This document shows positions 28,545 through 37,835 of a stretch of 64,000 nucleotides of DNA, piece after piece. Source of the stretch: a virus (lineage: Duplodnaviria > Caudoviricetes). Where the stretch lies: IMG/VR virus record IMGVR_UViG_3300027749_000112, positions 1,200-65,199 of that record; one strand, 5' to 3'. Under the pieces are notes generated by a model. It saw only the letters and a program-made list of their open reading frames with translations. It ran no database searches and was not told the DNA's origin. The position numbers and the translations under genes are program-made. Within the stretch, counting starts at the first letter, position 1; every line of letters begins with the position of its first letter.

Positions 28545-29429
28545 ATGAAAACACAAATTCAGTTCACAAATTCAACCTATAACAAGGAAAGCATGGATAA
28601 GGCTTTCAAGTACTTAAATGCTCCGGATGAGAAATCCGGAATCCTAGTAAATGCAATAATTGCAAGGTTGGAAAATCCCGATTCTCTCCTCACTGGCAAT
28701 CTGATAAAGGGAGAGAATCAATCAGAAAATCAGCGGATTTCTGATAAGATAAAACGGGTCAGAGAATCCAAAAAAGGATTGATCTTTAGAGAAAAGCACA
28801 AAGGGAATTTCACAAAAGGTCAAAGCAAGAATGCGAGAATGAAGAGAATGCTTTCACTTGAAGACAAGCAAGATGTTGCGCAAACGATTTTTGCCATGCT
28901 TGCAAGTGGGATTGACCCGCAAAAATACTACACTCAGAAAATCCAAGAAACCGGAGAAGAGAAAGAGGTGCTTGGACTGTATTTACTTTTTCGGGCTTGC
29001 AGAAAAGCAATCCGTATCAACGGAGGCAATCACGATATAAGTAAAGCGGAAAGCATTGATAATATGACAGAATTTGACTTGGATAATATGATTGATGTCA
29101 ATGCGCATCCTGAAGAGCAAATCATGGGAAGGCTCGATTTGAGCGATCAACTCGAGGCAATGCGCAAATTGTGCAAAGTAGCCTTTGAAAATGATCAATC
29201 TCGCCAAAAGGCGCAAAAGTACAAGAGCGCATTAGCAAAAATCGAAGCAATCGAAGCAGGTTTTAACCTGCTTTCAGAAAAAGTGATAGTTGCGAAAAAT
29301 GCTACTGCAAGAATCAACGAAAACACAAGGTTTCTGGAATATCTGAAAGCAGGAGCGCAAAAAATCAATGCTGAAGAACTGGAAGACGCTTCCCACTCTA
29401 TGAAAATGGCGATGACGAAATTATTCTAA
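28545..29429 (+). CDS. first early-island gene, possibly sigma-factor-like regulator
   Basis: 294 aa, AT-rich; KQDVAQTIFAML...LFRACRKAIR...ESIDNM loosely recalls sigma region 2; function call weak. Confidence 0.6.
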   Translation: MKTQIQFTNSTYNKESMDKAFKYLNAPDEKSGILVNAIIARLENPDSLLTGNLIKGENQSENQRISDKIKRVRESKKGLIFREKHKGNFTKGQSKNARMKRMLSLEDKQDVAQTIFAMLASGIDPQKYYTQKIQETGEEKEVLGLYLLFRACRKAIRINGGNHDISKAESIDNMTEFDLDNMIDVNAHPEEQIMGRLDLSDQLEAMRKLCKVAFENDQSRQKAQKYKSALAKIEAIEAGFNLLSEKVIVAKNATARINENTRFLEYLKAGAQKINAEELEDASHSMKMAMTKLF

Positions 29430-29452
29430 AAAATCATAGGGAAAGCAAAACG

Positions 29453-29484
29453 GCCCTAGGCGGGAAACTGCCTAGGGCTTTTTT
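29453..29484 (+). terminator. rho-independent terminator
   Basis: GCCCTAGGC-GGGAAACT-GCCTAGGGC-TTTTTT. Confidence 0.9.
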
Positions 29485-29524
29485 GTGCCCTGAAAGCACC
29501 ATCTAAGAAAAAAAACATCCAATT

Positions 29525-29950
29525 ATGAAAATTCAATCCATCCGAAAAATTCACAATCCATCGGTTGCTCTGATGGATAACGCAAGGGAAGCCGCCCCTG
29601 CATGGAGCGCAAAAGACGACAAGCGTGCCGCCCTTGAAAAGCGTGCCGCTTTACTTGTCCCTAAAATCCCACCAGCGGGACAAGGGAAAATCGTCGGCCT
29701 TCCCTACCGGCCGCATGGCCCTGGCCCCTTTGCAATCATTGCCAGCAAGACTCATGTAGTCACGCCTGGCCGGTATGTAAATTCCACCGGCTCGCATAGC
29801 AAGCGCGGATACCATACTCCCTCCCGTCTCTATACGGCCGGAGTTCCTTTGTGCCATCGCAAAGATGAAGGCGTCTTTGTGACGCTCGAAAAATCAGTCG
29901 CTCCTATTGATTGGAGCGGAAAAAGACTGGAGCCATTTATTGCAGGGTAA
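29525..29950 (+). CDS. hypothetical basic protein
   Basis: 141-aa ORF between two terminators. Confidence 0.6.
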   Translation: MKIQSIRKIHNPSVALMDNAREAAPAWSAKDDKRAALEKRAALLVPKIPPAGQGKIVGLPYRPHGPGPFAIIASKTHVVTPGRYVNSTGSHSKRGYHTPSRLYTAGVPLCHRKDEGVFVTLEKSVAPIDWSGKRLEPFIAG

Positions 29951-29962
29951 AATCCTCAAAAG

Positions 29963-29989
29963 AGGGCGATTAAATTCGCCCTTTTTTTT
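29963..29989 (+). terminator. rho-independent terminator
   Basis: AGGGCGA-TTAAAT-TCGCCCT-TTTTTTT. Confidence 0.85.
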
Positions 29990-30032
29990 GAGACCTCTAT
30001 CCGTCCAAACACTTTTGGTGTCCCTAACAATT

Positions 30033-30227
30033 ATGCAAATCAAAATCAGCAAACAAGTTAGCCAAACTCTTTATTACGAACTGGAAAGCGGCAAGGGGGG
30101 GTCACTGACATCTTCCAGCCTGACCAATGAGGCCATCACTTCCTATCTGGAAGAGAAAGTGGACGAGGACGGATCGCCCGTCAAAAGCGCTGTCCTGCAC
30201 ACCTTAACAGAGGAAACCATAATCTAA
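30033..30227 (+). CDS. hypothetical protein
   Basis: Start MQIKISK, 64 aa. Confidence 0.55.
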   Translation: MQIKISKQVSQTLYYELESGKGGSLTSSSLTNEAITSYLEEKVDEDGSPVKSAVLHTLTEETII

Positions 30228-30228
30228 T

Positions 30229-30405
30229 ATGGACACTTACAAAATCATTCGCTTTTACGAAAAAGACTATCCATCGGAAACGATGGCCGAAGGGCTAACC
30301 CTAAAAGAAGCCAAGGCCCATTGCCAAGATCCTGAAACCAGTAGCCGAACAGCAACATGTGTCGGCCACAAGGGGGCATGGTTCGACGGGTTCGAAAAGG
30401 AGTAA
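30229..30405 (+). CDS. small conserved-looking phage protein (below ORF-track cutoff)
   Basis: Read manually: MDTYKIIRFY...GLTLKEAKAHCQDPETSS...WFDGFEKE, 58 aa, abuts both neighbours. Confidence 0.7.
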   Translation: MDTYKIIRFYEKDYPSETMAEGLTLKEAKAHCQDPETSSRTATCVGHKGAWFDGFEKE

Positions 30406-30409
30406 ATCT

Positions 30410-30826
30410 ATGAAACGCAACTACGAAATCGACGACACGCTAAAAGAGCGTGCTGATGGAGCTATCGACGAGGTGAAGGATGAACTCCTTCGCTATCTGA
30501 AAGAGAATCCCGATACGGATTCCCTCCCCTGCCTCAACAATGACCTCGACTACTCGGGGGCAATTCACGAGATCGTGGACACTTCCGTACCGGTCTACAA
30601 CAGCGAGATCGCCGACACCTGGTATCTGCACTCCAACGACCTGGAGGAGGCCTATGAGAACGCCGGCGTCGGGGACAATCCGAGGGAGAACGACGGGATG
30701 GCCGCCATCTACTTCTACATCATGGACAAGGTTCAGGAGTGGTACAACGACCACGCCGAAGATGTCTTTGAGGAGTGGCTCGAAGCCAACCCTATTAAGG
30801 AAGACGAGGAGGAGGTTGAGGCATGA
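30410..30826 (+). CDS. Ocr-like acidic DNA-mimic antirestriction protein
   Basis: GAIHEIVDTSVPVYNSEI aligns with T7 Ocr DAIHMAADNAVPHYYADI; very acidic with EDEEEVEA tail. Confidence 0.7.
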   Translation: MKRNYEIDDTLKERADGAIDEVKDELLRYLKENPDTDSLPCLNNDLDYSGAIHEIVDTSVPVYNSEIADTWYLHSNDLEEAYENAGVGDNPRENDGMAAIYFYIMDKVQEWYNDHAEDVFEEWLEANPIKEDEEEVEA

Positions 30827-31059
30827 AGACTTACGACGCTGAAATTGATGGCAAAAAAATAGCCTTTTGCGAAGAAACGGACTTCCTAGTTCAGGTGGGG
30901 CGATGGAAAGGGAGCTATCAAACTCGATACTCATTTAAGGGGAACCTTGCACAAGCCGTCCTATACTATCGTGGAATTAACATAGGCAACGGATACAAAA
31001 AAAGGCTTCTAATGCCCTCCTGCTCAAAGCGTCCCGTCTTGGCGCGATCATTTTCATGA
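30823..31059 (+). CDS. hypothetical phage protein
   Basis: ATGA-coupled; YYRGINIGNGYKKRL. Confidence 0.65.
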   Translation: MKTYDAEIDGKKIAFCEETDFLVQVGRWKGSYQTRYSFKGNLAQAVLYYRGINIGNGYKKRLLMPSCSKRPVLARSFS

Positions 31060-31155
31060 CACCTGATCATTATCGGCTAATTCGGCTCACCTGCATCCTG
31101 GGCTTTATGCTGACGGCGCTGGCCGTCCGAATTTCTTATCTAATTACTAACTAAT

Positions 31156-31404
31156 ATGAGCATAGAAATCGCAAAGTGGAAAACAAAAGGCAAGGACTTT
31201 TTGGATCTATTTAACACCTATCTGGAACATCCAGAAAAAGGACAGATTTACCAATATGTCGGCAACGGGTGCGGAGGATGCTTTTTTGCATCTACTGACC
31301 AAGAAGCCATTGAGCACATGGAGCGGTCATGGGGATACCCAGGCGGCGCAGGGCAAGCAACCGCCCTGCGATCCGACCGCCCATCACTAAAAAGAATTAA
31401 ATGA
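31156..31404 (+). CDS. hypothetical protein
   Basis: 82 aa, coupled to next gene. Confidence 0.6.
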   Translation: MSIEIAKWKTKGKDFLDLFNTYLEHPEKGQIYQYVGNGCGGCFFASTDQEAIEHMERSWGYPGGAGQATALRSDRPSLKRIK

Positions 31405-31892
31405 AATACCAAGTCATCGTTGGGAATATCGGGACAGTCTTTGATGGCGACGACCTGAAAAATGCTAAAAGCACATTCAAGGTGTATGTCGAGCAATCGA
31501 AGTCGGAGTTCGGAAGGGCTTCTGGCGAGGATGTTTGCATGATGTCCGATGGCGAAATCGTCAAAGAGCATCAAGCGCGGCCAACTCCCCCCGTCTTACC
31601 AACAATCAAAGATTTATCAGCCCTCATAGTAGAGCTGAAAAAACAAATAGGCGACGAGTATCGCGCCTATGACGACTGCGATGAGGATGATGTCACCCCA
31701 TCCATGCTCCTGACTATTGGAGCCGACGGCAAGGGGCGCGACTCCTGGGGCTGGCAAACGGGAGACAATTCCTACACCGGCGGGGCTTATGGATACGCCA
31801 ACTGGGCGGTTACAGCCCTCGATCGTCGCTGCAACTCAAAGGAAGTGGCGCGAGGCCTGATCGAGCAACTTGAAAACCTAATTTACGAATGA
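31401..31892 (+). CDS. two-module hypothetical phage protein
   Basis: YQVIVGNIGTV module plus WQTGDNSYTGGAYG module. Confidence 0.7.
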   Translation: MKYQVIVGNIGTVFDGDDLKNAKSTFKVYVEQSKSEFGRASGEDVCMMSDGEIVKEHQARPTPPVLPTIKDLSALIVELKKQIGDEYRAYDDCDEDDVTPSMLLTIGADGKGRDSWGWQTGDNSYTGGAYGYANWAVTALDRRCNSKEVARGLIEQLENLIYE

Positions 31893-32101
31893 AAGACCTG
31901 ACAAACTCAATCACTTATGCGGTTCGTTTCCTAAATAATATGTACGGCAAGGGGACGGTCACTGAAGTAGGCCTATTCTTCAACGGAGGCGGATTCTTTG
32001 TTCGGGAAAGCTATGGCTGCAAGCCTGAGAGGCGGTTGTTCCGACTCTCTAAAAACGGAAAGAGCGTCATTGCCCTTGATCATCAAAAACACCTTATATG
32101 A
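31889..32101 (+). CDS. hypothetical protein
   Basis: ATGA-coupled at both ends. Confidence 0.55.
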   Translation: MKDLTNSITYAVRFLNNMYGKGTVTEVGLFFNGGGFFVRESYGCKPERRLFRLSKNGKSVIALDHQKHLI

Positions 32102-32697
32102 AAAATACTGACCCTACAAAAGTATCGGCATCGCTGCCGATGTTCCCTGGATTTTACAACTCCATCCTCGATCACGCTATTGATTCCGAGATCGCGTCCG
32201 AGCAATGCGAAACTGGCGAGGAATATGACGCCATCATGGAGCGCTACGATATGGGCGATGCCATGAAAGCCATCTCGAAAGACTGGTCATGGGCCTACGC
32301 TCGCCGCACCGGCATCTCGATGGAGTTCGAGGAAGTCACAAGCCCAAAGGAATACAACTTCACGACCGACCGATGCTTTGTCCTGATTCCAGTCGATGAG
32401 ATCGAGCGCGTCGCCAAGGAGGTGGATGAGACCGTACTGAGAAAGGTGCTGAAGGACATGTTCACCTCTTACGATGGATTCATGTCGTTCTACTCAAATT
32501 CCTTGGAACATGAGGAGTGGCAAGCGCCCGTGAGTGAGTGGGATCACAACCAACTCCAAGCCCTGCTCTTAGCCCATCTATTGACGACCGATCCTGACAT
32601 CACGAGGGACGAACTAGAGATGGAAATGTACGAGGCTTCTTACGAGGGCGCCTATGCGGGATGGATCAAAGACCGCCCAGAAGTTTTAGCCGCCTAA
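32098..32697 (+). CDS. acidic phage protein
   Basis: FPGFYNS, SPKEYNFTTDR, FTSYDGFMSFYSN motifs; strong codon bias. Confidence 0.75.
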   Translation: MKNTDPTKVSASLPMFPGFYNSILDHAIDSEIASEQCETGEEYDAIMERYDMGDAMKAISKDWSWAYARRTGISMEFEEVTSPKEYNFTTDRCFVLIPVDEIERVAKEVDETVLRKVLKDMFTSYDGFMSFYSNSLEHEEWQAPVSEWDHNQLQALLLAHLLTTDPDITRDELEMEMYEASYEGAYAGWIKDRPEVLAA

Positions 32698-32717
32698 CAC
32701 CCAACCCAATACCAACA

Positions 32718-33083
32718 ATGCAAACTGAAGCAACTAACGCGATCGTCACGGCGATCATCAATGCCCTAGCAGATGCGGTTTATATCCGTGTGGATGAGAA
32801 ACTGAAGCAAGCGGAGTCTGTCATGCCCGATCACTTGGACATGGAGAAGCTCATCCGCCGATTCGAGGATCTTGAGAGCAACCTCTCCGATGTTAAAGAG
32901 AAGGCCCAGGACGCTTACGATAAAGCCGATGAGTTGGACGGAAAGCTCGATGATGTCGATCTGTATGATCTGTCACGCATTGATGTTAGCGAGCTTGTGA
33001 CCGAGGAGGACATTCCCTCACTCGTCCGCGAGGCCCTCTGTTCCATCCTACCCACCTTAGTGATCCAAGAGAAGAAGCACTAA
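32718..33083 (+). CDS. acidic coiled-coil protein
   Basis: Start MQTEATN after C/A-rich leader. Confidence 0.65.
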   Translation: MQTEATNAIVTAIINALADAVYIRVDEKLKQAESVMPDHLDMEKLIRRFEDLESNLSDVKEKAQDAYDKADELDGKLDDVDLYDLSRIDVSELVTEEDIPSLVREALCSILPTLVIQEKKH

Positions 33084-33095
33084 CCGATTCATTTT

Positions 33096-33356
33096 ATGAC
33101 TACTACTGCACTTAATGAGGAGGATCAGGAGACTGATCGGCCAACCAACACCTCGTTTGTGAATGACTTCATGAACTGGGGATCACCAATGAACCAAGTC
33201 TGGCTCATGGAGGCCTGCCATCGCTATGCCGCACAGCTCGTCGATAACAAAGAGCAAGTTCTGAAAGACATGGAAGGCGCATTCATCAGCGGCCCAGCTT
33301 GGGTGGCGTGCGCCGAGAAGTGGCAGAAAGATCACAAGGAGACATTTGAATCATGA
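33096..33356 (+). CDS. hypothetical protein
   Basis: 86 aa, coupled to next gene. Confidence 0.65.
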   Translation: MTTTALNEEDQETDRPTNTSFVNDFMNWGSPMNQVWLMEACHRYAAQLVDNKEQVLKDMEGAFISGPAWVACAEKWQKDHKETFES

Positions 33357-33919
33357 GCATCATTGTAGAAACCGAAGTCTTTGATCTCGCGGAGCTAAAA
33401 GAGAAGCATCCTGAAGGATACGAGAGGGCTTTCGAGGATTATCAAAAAAAGACATGGGAATGGGAGACTCCATGTATTGAAGAAACCTTCAAGAGTATTG
33501 AGTCCGTTATCGAGGCGTCTGGATTTTCCATGAGAAATTGGAGTCTTGGTAACAGCAGTAATCGAAGCCAAGACATATCGCTCCGAGAAAATTATTATCT
33601 CGACGATCTGGCCGGCCATAAGGCGCTGGCACACTTTCTAAAGGTGCTCATCAAGCATGGGTACGAACGCCCTAAGCACTTCAAAGAAATGCAGTTCCCA
33701 GGCGTCTGCGGATTTACCGGCTACTGCTTTGACGATGATTGTGCCGAGGCCGTCTGGAAGGATCTCTTGTCGGGATCTTCCCTGAGAGAAGCCCTTTCGG
33801 GTCTCGATTTTGTATATGCCAAGCAGATGGATGCTGAAGAGGAATATCAGCGCAGTGAGGAGTCCTTCGAGTGCTGGGCTGACGGAATGACCTTCACTGC
33901 CGAGGGAGAAGAATTTTAA
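33353..33919 (+). CDS. acidic phage early protein
   Basis: CGFTGYCFD and EEYQRSEE...FTAEGEEF motifs. Confidence 0.7.
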   Translation: MSIIVETEVFDLAELKEKHPEGYERAFEDYQKKTWEWETPCIEETFKSIESVIEASGFSMRNWSLGNSSNRSQDISLRENYYLDDLAGHKALAHFLKVLIKHGYERPKHFKEMQFPGVCGFTGYCFDDDCAEAVWKDLLSGSSLREALSGLDFVYAKQMDAEEEYQRSEESFECWADGMTFTAEGEEF

Positions 33920-34044
33920 CCAACCAATTATGAGCGACCCACTATCAGAAGATCCAGAGGACGGCCCTGAGCCGCAAGATAATCAAGTGTGGATCTCCGC
34001 TTGCGACCTAAACGCCAATTACTCGAACGAATAACCAACCAATT

Positions 34045-34413
34045 ATGACAACACTGACCGACAACGAAACACTCGACCGACATATCAACCAGGCCGGCAT
34101 CACGACCGGCCCCGCCAAGCTGGATCTCATCCGCAAGGCTTGCGAGCTGCGAGGCCTTCCGCTCTTCAAGGACGATGGGAGTAGCAGCCCTGTTGCCAAG
34201 GTGAAGCTCTTCGATCCCACGGGATCGTGGACATGGTATCTCTCCGAGTGGGATGGAAAGAACGAAGCCTTCGGCCTTGTCGACGGATTCGAGAAGGAAC
34301 TCGGATACATCGACCTTCAGGAACTCTCCGAGCTCAGGGGAAAGCTAGGTATCGGCATTGAAGTCGATGTCTGGTGGACGCCCGAGGCATTGGAGGAACT
34401 ACAGAAATCATGA
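34045..34413 (+). CDS. DUF2958-like protein
   Basis: VKLFDPTGSWTWYLSE...AFGLVDGFEKELGYIDLQEL signature. Confidence 0.8.
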   Translation: MTTLTDNETLDRHINQAGITTGPAKLDLIRKACELRGLPLFKDDGSSSPVAKVKLFDPTGSWTWYLSEWDGKNEAFGLVDGFEKELGYIDLQELSELRGKLGIGIEVDVWWTPEALEELQKS

Positions 34414-34811
34414 GCAATCCATTCACTCTCTGGCAAGAAACCGACGATCATATCGATTATGAGGCCGCCCTGGAGTTGCCGGCCCTGCCTAATGGTCAGG
34501 AGTGTTCGGTAGTTGTTCGCCTCACGCTAAATAAATCCAGTAACGAGGCCTACACGAGCGTCACTTACGAAACCGAGGGTGCGCACATGAGAATCAGCGA
34601 TGACTCATTTCCTGAAGATACCTTCCGAAGCATCGTCGGCATGGAACCGACACGAGAGCGAAAACTGGAAATCCAAAAAGCTGAGTTGCTAGAAGCACTG
34701 CAGGACTGCTTGGCCCTAATAGTAAACGGCCCCGAGGGATCTCAAGATTATCAAGAACGAGTCGAATCACAGGCTCGTGCCGCAATTGCCAAGGCAACAA
34801 CCAACTCCTAA
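34410..34811 (+). CDS. hypothetical protein with ELLEAL...AAIAKA C-terminal module
   Basis: Start MSNPFTL, ATGA-coupled. Confidence 0.6.
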   Translation: MSNPFTLWQETDDHIDYEAALELPALPNGQECSVVVRLTLNKSSNEAYTSVTYETEGAHMRISDDSFPEDTFRSIVGMEPTRERKLEIQKAELLEALQDCLALIVNGPEGSQDYQERVESQARAAIAKATTNS

Positions 34812-34816
34812 CACCT

Positions 34817-35131
34817 ATGCCCACACAACACACACCTGGCCCTTGGAAAGTGGCCGAGGCATTCATCAACAATCAACCCAACCGCCTCTTTGTTAGCGAG
34901 GGGAAGTGGGGCGGCAAGAACATTGCGGATTTAGGAGAGGCAGACGAAGCGAACAATGCAAACGCACGACTCATCGCCGCCGCACCCGAACTGCTGGCCG
35001 CTTTGCAGTCCCTCATCCAGTACCTCCCCGAAGAGGACATTTACTATGAGGATGCGTCTTCGTATCGGCAGATTCAACGAGCCGTCGAAAGAGCCGAGGC
35101 CGCAATCGCCAGGGCAACCCAGCAACCCTGA
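34817..35131 (+). CDS. HTPGPW...ANARLIAAAPELL family phage protein
   Basis: Signature motifs; paralog at 38797. Confidence 0.75.
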   Translation: MPTQHTPGPWKVAEAFINNQPNRLFVSEGKWGGKNIADLGEADEANNANARLIAAAPELLAALQSLIQYLPEEDIYYEDASSYRQIQRAVERAEAAIARATQQP

Positions 35132-35139
35132 ACACCTAT

Positions 35140-35493
35140 ATGAACGAAAAGACTTACACCCAAGAAGAAGCCGAGGAGATGGACGAGCTTATCCATATAC
35201 TCAGGCCAGCTCACATGAGGGCTATAGAGTGGATGGATCAGAATCAGGCTCGCACCTACCGCCTCATCCATTGCGTTGAGACAATGATGGAAGCTGGAGA
35301 AGACAACGCTCTTTGGGCTTATCACAGAGACCAGACCCGCAAAGCCATCGCGGAGATGCTGAAGGACGACATGAACGATGCCGAAGGACGGCGTGTGATC
35401 GCCAAGGCAACTCAACAACCCGACGAAAAGTTAATCGACTCGGGTTTCTGCCCTGCTGATCCGTACAAGGTCAAAGCAACCCAACAACCCTGA
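35140..35493 (+). CDS. hypothetical protein
   Basis: 117 aa; KATQQP occurs twice. Confidence 0.6.
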   Translation: MNEKTYTQEEAEEMDELIHILRPAHMRAIEWMDQNQARTYRLIHCVETMMEAGEDNALWAYHRDQTRKAIAEMLKDDMNDAEGRRVIAKATQQPDEKLIDSGFCPADPYKVKATQQP

Positions 35494-35497
35494 ACCT

Positions 35498-35719
35498 ATG
35501 AGCAAACGCAAACCACTAACAGCAGATAGACTTATTAAGAATCTGCAGAATATCTGCGATGCACAAAATGTAGATCCTAAGAAGGTAATTATTATGTATC
35601 GCCGCACTATGGATAGCGATCCCATGCCCGTGACATTCGCTGGCGAGGATCTCTTCGACTCAGAGACCAACAGCGTCCTGGAGAGCATCATCCTCTGCAA
35701 TGACCCAAGGGAACCCTGA
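35498..35719 (+). CDS. hypothetical protein
   Basis: 73 aa in tightly packed run. Confidence 0.6.
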   Translation: MSKRKPLTADRLIKNLQNICDAQNVDPKKVIIMYRRTMDSDPMPVTFAGEDLFDSETNSVLESIILCNDPREP

Positions 35720-35723
35720 ACCC

Positions 35724-35882
35724 ATGAACCCAACCGAACTTAATACCCTCCTGCGACCTTACATCCAGCGCCAACAAGCGCGGAAGGATCGGGAGCGTGA
35801 ATTCTTAATCGCCTCCGCCCTTGTCCTGGCCCTTCTGACCGCAGCCTTCTCCCTTACCTTCGCCTTCGCACTCAACCATTAA
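35724..35882 (+). CDS. small membrane protein
   Basis: C-terminal TM FLIASALVLALLTAAFSLTFAFAL. Confidence 0.55.
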   Translation: MNPTELNTLLRPYIQRQQARKDREREFLIASALVLALLTAAFSLTFAFALNH

Positions 35883-35888
35883 GATGTC

Positions 35889-36083
35889 ATGAAACGATCC
35901 AACCGAAGGTTAATTAACCGGCTGAATAAAGCCGCTCGTTACCGAAGGTGGGACGAACTGGCAACCGCAAACAAAACCCGTTGCAGGGTGTGGATTGCAA
36001 AACTCAATAACCACTGGGTTATTGGAAGCAAGGCACGGGAAGATGAATCGCAAACCACAAATCAATTAAAATTGAAACTATGA
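35889..36083 (+). CDS. hypothetical basic protein
   Basis: 64 aa, coupled to next gene. Confidence 0.45.
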   Translation: MKRSNRRLINRLNKAARYRRWDELATANKTRCRVWIAKLNNHWVIGSKAREDESQTTNQLKLKL

Positions 36084-36550
36084 AGACCTATACATCCAAA
36101 GCAGGGGGCAAGCTCCTGTACTCCCATCCATCCGACGAGCGCCGTGATGCCTGCGGGCGCGTTCATCTTTTTAGCGGATACGCCGAAGTGTATCTGACCC
36201 AGGATGAGCTGGAGGCATTTGAAGAGCAGTCCGGCATCCAGATTGATTCTGACCAACTGCCATCCAGCCGCATCCAGCAAATCGTTCAATACTTGCACGA
36301 GAACGATCTACTGGAGGGGGATCCTATAGCCTACCCTTCAGATCACCCCGAATACATCGGGGACATTATTACTGACGCCTTGTTGCGCTCCGCTATGAAG
36401 CACGGCCTCGGCACGACCTACGAGATGTTGCGCTCTGCTGTGCGCGCCTTTGCGGCTGAATACGACAAGACCAAAGAGGAGATCGACGCCCTTCCTGAGC
36501 CAAACCAAGAGATTCTCAACGCAATCATCACAACACTTTGCCGCGAATAA
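36080..36550 (+). CDS. hypothetical protein
   Basis: 156 aa. Confidence 0.65.
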   Translation: MKTYTSKAGGKLLYSHPSDERRDACGRVHLFSGYAEVYLTQDELEAFEEQSGIQIDSDQLPSSRIQQIVQYLHENDLLEGDPIAYPSDHPEYIGDIITDALLRSAMKHGLGTTYEMLRSAVRAFAAEYDKTKEEIDALPEPNQEILNAIITTLCRE

Positions 36551-36568
36551 CCCAACCAACCCGACGCA

Positions 36569-36832
36569 ATGAAGAACCGAACCACCACCACCCACCAGGA
36601 AGGTAGCCATGAGATTAACATCTCAAGGACTGACGGCGTACCCTACGCCTTCGAGATTTATCACAAGGACACTACCAATGACGCCGGCTATCACGCCGAA
36701 GGCTGCCTTGAAGTCATTGAGGGGAAACTTGAGGACTACGACGGCGTGTATTGCCTCCCCAATGCTGTCGCCAAGATCCTGCGCGCCGAAGGGATCTTTG
36801 TGTCGGACGACTGCCTCTCAATCACCCATTAA
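36569..36832 (+). CDS. hypothetical phage protein
   Basis: LEDYDGVYCLPNAV motif. Confidence 0.65.
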   Translation: MKNRTTTTHQEGSHEINISRTDGVPYAFEIYHKDTTNDAGYHAEGCLEVIEGKLEDYDGVYCLPNAVAKILRAEGIFVSDDCLSITH

Positions 36833-36835
36833 ATC

Positions 36836-37294
36836 ATGACCACCAAAACCCTCTCCTTTCAGTCACCCCCAAATCGTGCCATGGTGAAAGCCATGAATAC
36901 GATCAGCCACATCTCAGCCTATAGACTGCCATACGACCGGTCATTCTGGTGCTTTGATGACGCCCGATTCGGGCTCAAGGAGGAATTGTTTCTCAATGGC
37001 GCCTCTGACTTTATCTCGCGTATCGTCGGGGATTCCTGCGAAAAGGCCGGCCTTATCTTTTCCACAAAGCCATTCCCAGGTCAGAATGCCGTCTTGATTT
37101 CAGAGTGGTCTGGCATCCTCCCTGACGAAAAAGGATGCGCTTATCACGGGATGTATCCAACCGAGCAGCCAGGAGACCCTTATCTTCCTAGTACCGTGGA
37201 TGAGGAGCTATGGCTATGCCCTGCCATGTGCCATTACTTCGGCACTGATAAGGCGCCCGACCGGATCTACGCCAAGATCACTCCTGCTTCTTAG
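36836..37294 (+). CDS. DUF6717-like protein
   Basis: WCFDDARFGLKEELF..GA, FSTKPFPG, WLCPAMCHYF..APDRIY. Confidence 0.75.
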   Translation: MTTKTLSFQSPPNRAMVKAMNTISHISAYRLPYDRSFWCFDDARFGLKEELFLNGASDFISRIVGDSCEKAGLIFSTKPFPGQNAVLISEWSGILPDEKGCAYHGMYPTEQPGDPYLPSTVDEELWLCPAMCHYFGTDKAPDRIYAKITPAS

Positions 37295-37835
37295 GCGGCA
37301 AGAGGAGGTGTTGTCCGAAAGCACCACCAGACCGATAGCGAAAACCGCTCTTGGCTGCACCCTTGATGTAGTGCTGATTGAGTTTTTCAACATCTACAAT
37401 TCCTGGCTCACCTTCAGAGGCCATCGGTAGTGGGTCATACTTGAGTCGCGTCTTATTCTTTGCGTGATGACGCATTAGAAAATCCGAAAGGTTAGAGGCG
37501 CTCTTGCCTCCAGTGAATGTCCCCCGAAGGGCAGGTCGATCCTCGAATGGAAGCTCTTCAAACCCGGGTTTCTTTATTGGGACGTGGATCATTCCGATCT
37601 CCGTATATGGCTTTCTCCGTTGTCCATGATAACTGCGTTTAGGATCTACTTTGTTGTAGTTCGTCCACGTCCCAAGTTTTGGATCTTTCACAACCGTCGT
37701 CATCTTAACTCCCTGTGCTGCCGCTCCATCCTTCAAATGTTCCCCTGTGGCAACGATAAATTTGTAGCCATTTGCAAGCGTTCCGCCTTTCAACGCAAAC
37801 TCTACACATCTCTCCAATCGCTCCATGAAATCCAT
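37278..37835 (-). CDS. antisense late gene, putative capsid cargo protein
   Basis: Own GTTGAC-N15-ATG; leader MDFMERLERCVEFA; basic 185 aa. Confidence 0.7.
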   Translation of the reverse strand: MDFMERLERCVEFALKGGTLANGYKFIVATGEHLKDGAAAQGVKMTTVVKDPKLGTWTNYNKVDPKRSYHGQRRKPYTEIGMIHVPIKKPGFEELPFEDRPALRGTFTGGKSASNLSDFLMRHHAKNKTRLKYDPLPMASEGEPGIVDVEKLNQHYIKGAAKSGFRYRSGGAFGQHLLLPPKKQE

